Shown: piece after piece, positions 40,968 to 45,664 of the stretch
How the letters are laid out: each line of letters begins with the position of its first letter
Numbering within the stretch: position 1 is the first letter of the stretch
Origin: a virus
Virus record (IMG/VR): IMGVR_UViG_3300043595_000022
Coordinates: 1-45,664 of that record
DNA: 45,664 nt
Strand: one strand, 5' to 3'
Program-made: the position numbers and the translations under genes
The notes under the pieces: model-generated
What the model was told of the DNA's origin: nothing
The model's input: the letters and a program-made list of their open reading frames with translations, nothing else
The model's database searches: none

Positions 40968-41410
40968 GGCGGCCACCCTTTCGCCTCGGCGAGCTTGCGC
41001 AGCGCGATCCCCTCGAGCTGCCGCACGCGCTCGCGTGTCAGGTTCATCACATACGCGACGTGCTCGAGCGACAGTTTGCCGACGGCGGCGAGGTCGAGCG
41101 TGCACGTCGCCGGCACCTCGGTCGCGTCGCGATCGGGGAAGTTGACGCGCAGCGTGCCCGACTTGTTGACGTCCAAATAGAGGTGGTACCGACACGACGC
41201 GAACGGGCACGGGCGCGGCAGGCGGTAGCAGTCGCCGCGCTTGACGGGGCGCGCGGGCCCGTCCTCGGGATACTCGACGAGCTCGAGCTCGCGGCGCTCA
41301 CTTGCGCGCACCCGCTTGGGTAGCGTGAGCGGGCGCGTCGGGTGTTGCCGCCCGCTGCGCGCTTCGTATCCGATTACCGGCAGACCGAGCCGGCGCGCCG
41401 ACACGTTCAT
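40964..41410 (-). CDS. Sigma-70 region-4-like HTH protein (candidate late-gene regulator)
   Basis: LSLEHVAYVMNLTRERVRQLEGIALRKLAE matches the sigma region 4.2 pattern. ATGA-coupled to the helicase gene. Confidence 0.65.
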   Translation of the reverse strand: MNVSARRLGLPVIGYEARSGRQHPTRPLTLPKRVRASERRELELVEYPEDGPARPVKRGDCYRLPRPCPFASCRYHLYLDVNKSGTLRVNFPDRDATEVPATCTLDLAAVGKLSLEHVAYVMNLTRERVRQLEGIALRKLAEAKGWPP

Positions 41411-42698
41411 GCGGCGGCCTCGTCGTCTTGCGGGCGCAGCTCGAGCTGCTCGCCGATGTCATCGACAAAGTTGGCCGTGCGATCGTTCCAGGGCAGCTCG
41501 ACCTGCATGCCCTTTTTGCCAAACTTGGCTTTCTCGATCGAGCACGCGCGTTCGCCGTGATTGTAGTACCCAATCAGCACGATCTCCGCGGCCTTGATCA
41601 AGTCTTTCGAGTCGCGGATCGACTCCTTGTTTGGGCGCCGCCCCTCGGCTGGCATGGTGAGCTGTGCGAACATGACGCCGGCGGCGCGCGATTGCTTGAT
41701 AGCGCTCGTGACCGTGCGCCCGATGTACGCGATCTCGCGCGAGCGCTCGCTGCCCGTGAATTCCTTTTCAGTGACCGTCGCGTGCAGGTAGTCGAAGATC
41801 ACCAGGTTGATTTGGTGCGCGGCGCACGCGGCGCGGATCTGTCCGGCGAGCGTCTCGACTGGAATGCCCTCGCCGGACAGATAGAACAATCCGTCTTCGA
41901 GGTTCGTTGCCTCACGCACGAGCCGCTCGATATCCCATTCGTCGAGCGAGCGGTCGCGCATGCGAGTGAACGTCACGCCGGCGCGCCGACAGAGCAGCCG
42001 ATCGCGGTACGAGTCGAGCTCGTCTTCCGTCGTGACAATCAGCACGCGCTTGCCAAAGCGCACGTTGACGTCGGCGAGCATGGCTATCCACGCCGTCTTT
42101 CCCCACGACGTGTCGGCGCCAATCAGCGTGATCCACTTGCGGCGCAAGCCGCCCGTTTGGTCGTCGATGTTGCGGAGCCCAGTCGTGCAGAAAGTGACCG
42201 GCTCGCGACGGCGCAGGTCGTCGGCCAGGCCGCGCATCAGCTCGCGCCCCGTGACCAGCGGCAGGCCGACGCCGGCGATCGACTGCTCGACGGCATCGCG
42301 CATGCGGCCTTGCACCTCGGCGAGCCGCTCGCCACCGTCGACGGCGCCCTCTATCTCGCGCGCGCACTTGCGCAAGTTCCGAAGCGCGCGCAGCTCGCGC
42401 AGCTTGTCGACGTCGGCGAGCGGGTTGGACAGCATGGGCGCGCCGAGCAGCTCGAGCACGCCTTGCCTGCCGCCCGGGACGGCCGCGAGCTTTCCCTTTT
42501 TCTCGAGCTCGGCGACCGTGAAAAGTTCATTCCAGCGGCGTGCGCCAAACGCCTCGGAGAACACTTCCGCGATCGCCACGGTGCCCGGCGAGTAGAAAAG
42601 ATCCGGCTCGGGTTTCCACGCGAGGCGAAAGCGCTCGTCGGCAACCCAAGTGCCGAGCACCATGCGCTCGAGCGCCTCGTCGACGCGGGCGGCGGCGG

Positions 42699-42702
<4 letters not shown>
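41407..42702 (-). CDS. DnaB-type replicative helicase
   Basis: Walker A GADTSWGKT, Walker B LVIFDYLH, and IGRTVTSAIKQSRAAGVMFAQL. Start is uncertain (TTG 42702 with TTGA overlap, or ATG 42663). The track start at 42756 reads poly-Arg through the GTC repeat. Confidence 0.8.
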
Positions 42703-42925
<223 letters not shown>

Positions 42926-42929
<4 letters not shown>

Positions 42930-43240
42930 GCCGCGACCTCGGCCATTTGCTCGAGCAGCCATGCGCGCGCGTGCTCGAGCGTCGTCACGTCGATCGGTTT
43001 GCTGACCTCGACGGCCAGGTCGGCGGCGGCGCGAAACGAGTAGCCGTCGGCCACGGCGCAGATCGCGAGCTCACGCCGGGTGCGCGGCTTGCCGAGCTCG
43101 ACGAGCACGATCGCCGCCGATAGCACCAGCTCGCAACGCTCGTCCCACCACGGCCAGCGTGCGACGAGCTCGGCCTTGACCTGCTCGAGCGGCACGAGCC
43201 CGCGCCAGGCGACGGCGCAAAACGCCTCGGCCGGCGTCAT
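42926..43240 (-). CDS. Hypothetical 104-aa protein
   Basis: ATGA overlaps at both ends. Confidence 0.55.
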
Positions 43241-44490
43241 GCTGCACCCTCGTTGCCGCGCCCGTTGGCGGCCGTCCTGTGCGTGCCCGAGCCGGGCTCG
43301 CCCTCGCCCCGCCCGTTGCCCTGCGCGGCCGGCGGCGGCGGCTTGCGGCGCAGCCGGCGCTCGTCGTCGAGGTACCAGCGAGCGCCCTCGCTATCGCGGC
43401 CGTTCTTGAACCGGCGAGTAGTGGGGTCTACATCCCACGCTTTGAAGCGCAGGGGCGGCGGCAGGCGCGGGCGCTCGTCTTCGGCGAGCTCGCACACCTC
43501 GCCCTCGCGATCGATTTCGCGCTCGGGTTTGACCTCGGCGCCGACCGCTTTCGCGTGTGCAGTCTTCTCGCGCAAGCGCTCGGCGCGCGCATCGACGAAC
43601 CGCCGTAGCTGTGACTCGTAGTAGGCAGCGTCGGCGACCTTCTTGCGCACCTTCTCGCGCATGTCCGTGAGGCAATCGAGAAACTGATTTTCCGATAGCC
43701 CCTCGGCGAGCGCGTACGCATGAAGCGACGCCGTCGGCTGCCACGTTGAAAGGCTTACTTTTCCCTCGAACGATTGAGCGAAGGGGTCGGCACGCCCGCC
43801 CGCCCGCGGCTTCGATGGGCCATCGCTTTGGCCATCCTTGGCTATGGCCTGGCCATGCTCGCGCGCGCGAATACCTGTCAGGTCTTTAGCGGGCTGGCCG
43901 GCAGATTTCCCGTATCCGTCTCCGTTCTTCTCTGAAGAAGCAAGAGTCTCCGCGCGCGAGCCAATGGCCTCGGGATGGCCTAGGCCATTGGCCTGGCCAT
44001 GGCCCGGGCTATCTGTTTGGCTATCGCCGGCATGGCCTCGCGCATGGCCTTGGCTATCCGTTTGGCCGTCGCCACCATGGCCAAGTTGGCGCTTACCCCA
44101 GCGCTTCGCAGCGCCCTTGCGTCCAGCGTCGGCCAAAGCTGCCGAGCGCGGGCGCTCGGGCTTGGCCGGCGACGCGGGTGGGTCGGACGGCGGCCGCTTG
44201 TCGGGCGGCCAGTATTGCGGCGCGTCATGTATTCGCCACCCGCCGGCCTCGCGCTCGAGTATGCCCTCGCGACCATGCGGTCGACCGCAATCCTCGAGCT
44301 CGCGAGCGAGCCGCTTTGCCCGGGCTTTACCGCCCGCGAGCTGCTCGAGCACGGGCTCGGGCACAAAATCGGTCTCATATTCGGCGCCCCAGCAAACCAG
44401 CGCATCGCCGAAACGATACGCCGGATCGGATAGGCTGGCCCACTTGGGGTGACGCGGCCGGGTTGGTTCCATTCTGACCCAAAAACTCAC
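43237..44490 (-). CDS. Replication initiator-like protein (N-terminal DNA-binding domain, low-complexity middle, helical C-terminus)
   Basis: GGAGG, 7 nt, then GTG at 44490 (ATG at 44472 is an alternative). Lies directly upstream of the helicase block. Internal repeat cluster at 43815-44095. Confidence 0.55.
   Translation of the reverse strand: MSFWVRMEPTRPRHPKWASLSDPAYRFGDALVCWGAEYETDFVPEPVLEQLAGGKARAKRLARELEDCGRPHGREGILEREAGGWRIHDAPQYWPPDKRPPSDPPASPAKPERPRSAALADAGRKGAAKRWGKRQLGHGGDGQTDSQGHARGHAGDSQTDSPGHGQANGLGHPEAIGSRAETLASSEKNGDGYGKSAGQPAKDLTGIRAREHGQAIAKDGQSDGPSKPRAGGRADPFAQSFEGKVSLSTWQPTASLHAYALAEGLSENQFLDCLTDMREKVRKKVADAAYYESQLRRFVDARAERLREKTAHAKAVGAEVKPEREIDREGEVCELAEDERPRLPPPLRFKAWDVDPTTRRFKNGRDSEGARWYLDDERRLRRKPPPPAAQGNGRGEGEPGSGTHRTAANGRGNEGAA
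43815..44095. repeat. Iteron-like repeat cluster plus lower-GC spacer inside the initiator gene (candidate origin)
   Basis: 31-nt units at 44007-44037 and 44052-44082 (26/31 identical). TTGGCYRT and ATGGCC cores recur at least 6 times. Palindromes GGCCATGGCC and GGCCTAGGCC. AT-richer 43871-43950 carries the hairpin ttcttc-tct-gaagaa. Confidence 0.45.
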
Positions 44491-44494
44491 AGGG

Positions 44495-44695
44495 TTACCT
44501 CCTCGTCCGGCCCGGCGACACGACACAAAGCGGCTCGTGCTCGGTGCTCGCGTCGAAGCACCGACAGATCCGTTTCTTGCAGCGCGAGCAAATGAACGTC
44601 GCGAGCGCGCTGTAGCGGCAACGGTTCGTGAGGTGCACGGCCGGCGGTACGAGCTCGAAGCCGCCGAGCGCGCCGACACTTCCGCGCGCCGTCAC
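44495..44695 (-). CDS. Small Cys-rich protein, 66 aa
   Basis: GTGA-coupled GTG at 44695. CRYSALATFICSRCKKRICRC. The boundary with the upstream gene is inferred from the overlap pattern and GC3. Confidence 0.45.
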   Translation of the reverse strand: MTARGSVGALGGFELVPPAVHLTNRCRYSALATFICSRCKKRICRCFDASTEHEPLCVVSPGRTRR

Positions 44696-44910
44696 GGCGT
44701 CGCCCTCCTCGTTGCTCGAGCTCGACGCGCGGCCGCGGCAGATCGCGAGGCGTGACCCGTGAGCGCGCCGGCGCCGTTCAAGTGGCGCCCGCACCGCGGC
44801 TCGCTGCACTTGGCGGGCACCCATCGCGCGGCGTCGTGATCGAAGTGGCCGCCGCTACCGACGCGGATCACGGCCGCGCGATCGCAGTAGGCGCACGCCT
44901 CGCGCGTCAC
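44692..44910 (-). CDS. Small Cys-rich protein, 72 aa
   Basis: GTGA-coupled GTG at 44910. CAYCDR...KCSEPRC. Confidence 0.45.
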   Translation of the reverse strand: MTREACAYCDRAAVIRVGSGGHFDHDAARWVPAKCSEPRCGRHLNGAGALTGHASRSAAAARRARATRRATP

Positions 44911-45122
44911 GGTTTGCACCCTTCCGGATAGCTGCCGGGCTCGGTCGGATCGTCGTCGGCGTAGCGGTCGTGGCACGAGCAGGCGCACGGGCGCGTGCTC
45001 GAAGAGACCGGCGCCGGCATGTCGGGCGAGGCAAGCGGGTCGATGTCGAGGCGCAACCCGCGCCGGGCGCGGCAGCATGCGACGCTGCTCGAGCTCGAGC
45101 AGCCGCACGGCGGCCGGCTCAT
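44907..45122 (-). CDS. Small Cys-rich protein, 71 aa
   Basis: ATGA-coupled ATG at 45122. Very high GC3. CGC...CC...CACSCH...C. Confidence 0.55.
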   Translation of the reverse strand: MSRPPCGCSSSSSVACCRARRGLRLDIDPLASPDMPAPVSSSTRPCACSCHDRYADDDPTEPGSYPEGCKP

Positions 45123-45346
45123 GCGACGCGCCCCAGGTTCGGGGGCGGCAGCGGCGGCGGCCGACGGGGCGGCACGTCGTGCACGACTACCTCGATCGTG
45201 TGCCCGCGCTCACACTGGTACTTGACCTCCATCAGATAGCGACGCGGCACGCCGGCTTGCGCCGTGAGGTCGTAACGCTGAAGGCGCGCCATCGTTGCGC
45301 ACACGGGGCAAATCGTCGTCGGTAGGGGCGTCGAGGTGCTATCCAC
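45119..45346 (-). CDS. Small zinc-ribbon-like protein, 75 aa
   Basis: GGAGG, 6 nt, then GTG at 45346. CPVC...CERGH. Confidence 0.5.
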   Translation of the reverse strand: MDSTSTPLPTTICPVCATMARLQRYDLTAQAGVPRRYLMEVKYQCERGHTIEVVVHDVPPRRPPPLPPPNLGRVA

Positions 45347-45602
45347 GGCGAGCCTCCTGCCGGCGTTCAAGGCGCGCGAGCGTCTCCTCGAGGGCGTCGT
45401 GTACGTGCAACGGCTTTGCCGCCGTGAGCCACAGATCGCCGTTGCCGCGCGAATAGTCCTCGAGCACGCAGTCGGTGACGCCCGGAAACTCAGCGTGCAG
45501 GCGCCGGCGAATTCGCATTGCGGCGATCTCGCCGGCGCCCCACTCCGCTCGACCCTCGGCGACTATTTCGAGCATGCGCCCGTGACGCTTCCAGGGGTTC
45601 AA
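45339..45602 (-). CDS. Hypothetical 87-aa protein spanning the repeat/junction
   Basis: The TTG start at 45602 (equivalent to position 65) forms a TTGA overlap with the stop of ORF 62..301. High GC3. Confidence 0.55.
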   Translation of the reverse strand: MNPWKRHGRMLEIVAEGRAEWGAGEIAAMRIRRRLHAEFPGVTDCVLEDYSRGNGDLWLTAAKPLHVHDALEETLARLERRQEARRG

Positions 45603-45664
45603 CGGTCGCCCCCCTCGGCGGGCTTCCGGGCGAGCCCGCGCCTATGCTGCTCGGCCTGGGGGCA
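45538..45664. repeat. Terminal direct repeat, copy B (identical to 1..127)
   Basis: Same 127-nt string as 1..127. Reading frames are continuous across the implied junction. Confidence 0.95.

Overview
The window is a complete, circularly permuted genome of a temperate contractile-tailed phage, or an excised prophage. The host is high-G+C and probably Gram-negative; a Myxococcota-like origin is only an inference. Positions 1-127 are identical to 45538-45664, so the unique circle is 45,537 bp. Modules: (1) Lysogeny: tyrosine integrase 726-2243 with coupled small genes upstream, and an XRE-type CI-like repressor 2743-3027 divergent from a Cro-like HTH gene 3160-3663. (2) Rightward early operon 4099-9345: PD-(D/E)XK nuclease, Sak4-like ATPase and many small Cys-rich proteins. 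(3) Long minus-strand late block 9369-33519. In transcription order it encodes a Mu-gpI-type protease/scaffold, a decoration-like protein, a Mu-gpT-type capsid, connector proteins, sheath, tube, a -1 frameshifted chaperone, tape measure, baseplate, fibres and a lysis cassette. (4) The portal is on the opposite strand (33828-35393) and is followed by an autonomous two-lipoprotein moron (35577-36621). (5) Packaging block 36715-39395: terS-like, nuclease-like, antitoxin-like and terL genes. (6) Leftward replication block 40114-45602 that continues across the circle junction into 62-733: RuvC, sigma-region-4-like regulator, DnaB-type helicase and initiator. Most notable observations: a 16-bp operator GTCTA-N6-TAGAC occurs six times, including in front of the lipoprotein moron. 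An AT-rich island lies inside the integrase 3-prime coding region and is a candidate intragenic attP, as in Mx8. A nuclease-like plus antitoxin-like pair is wedged between terS and terL. Iteron-like repeats lie inside the initiator gene. Phased T-tracts sit upstream of terS. Several translationally coupled ORFs under 60 aa are absent from the ORF track. All functional calls rest on motifs read by eye; no database search was possible.
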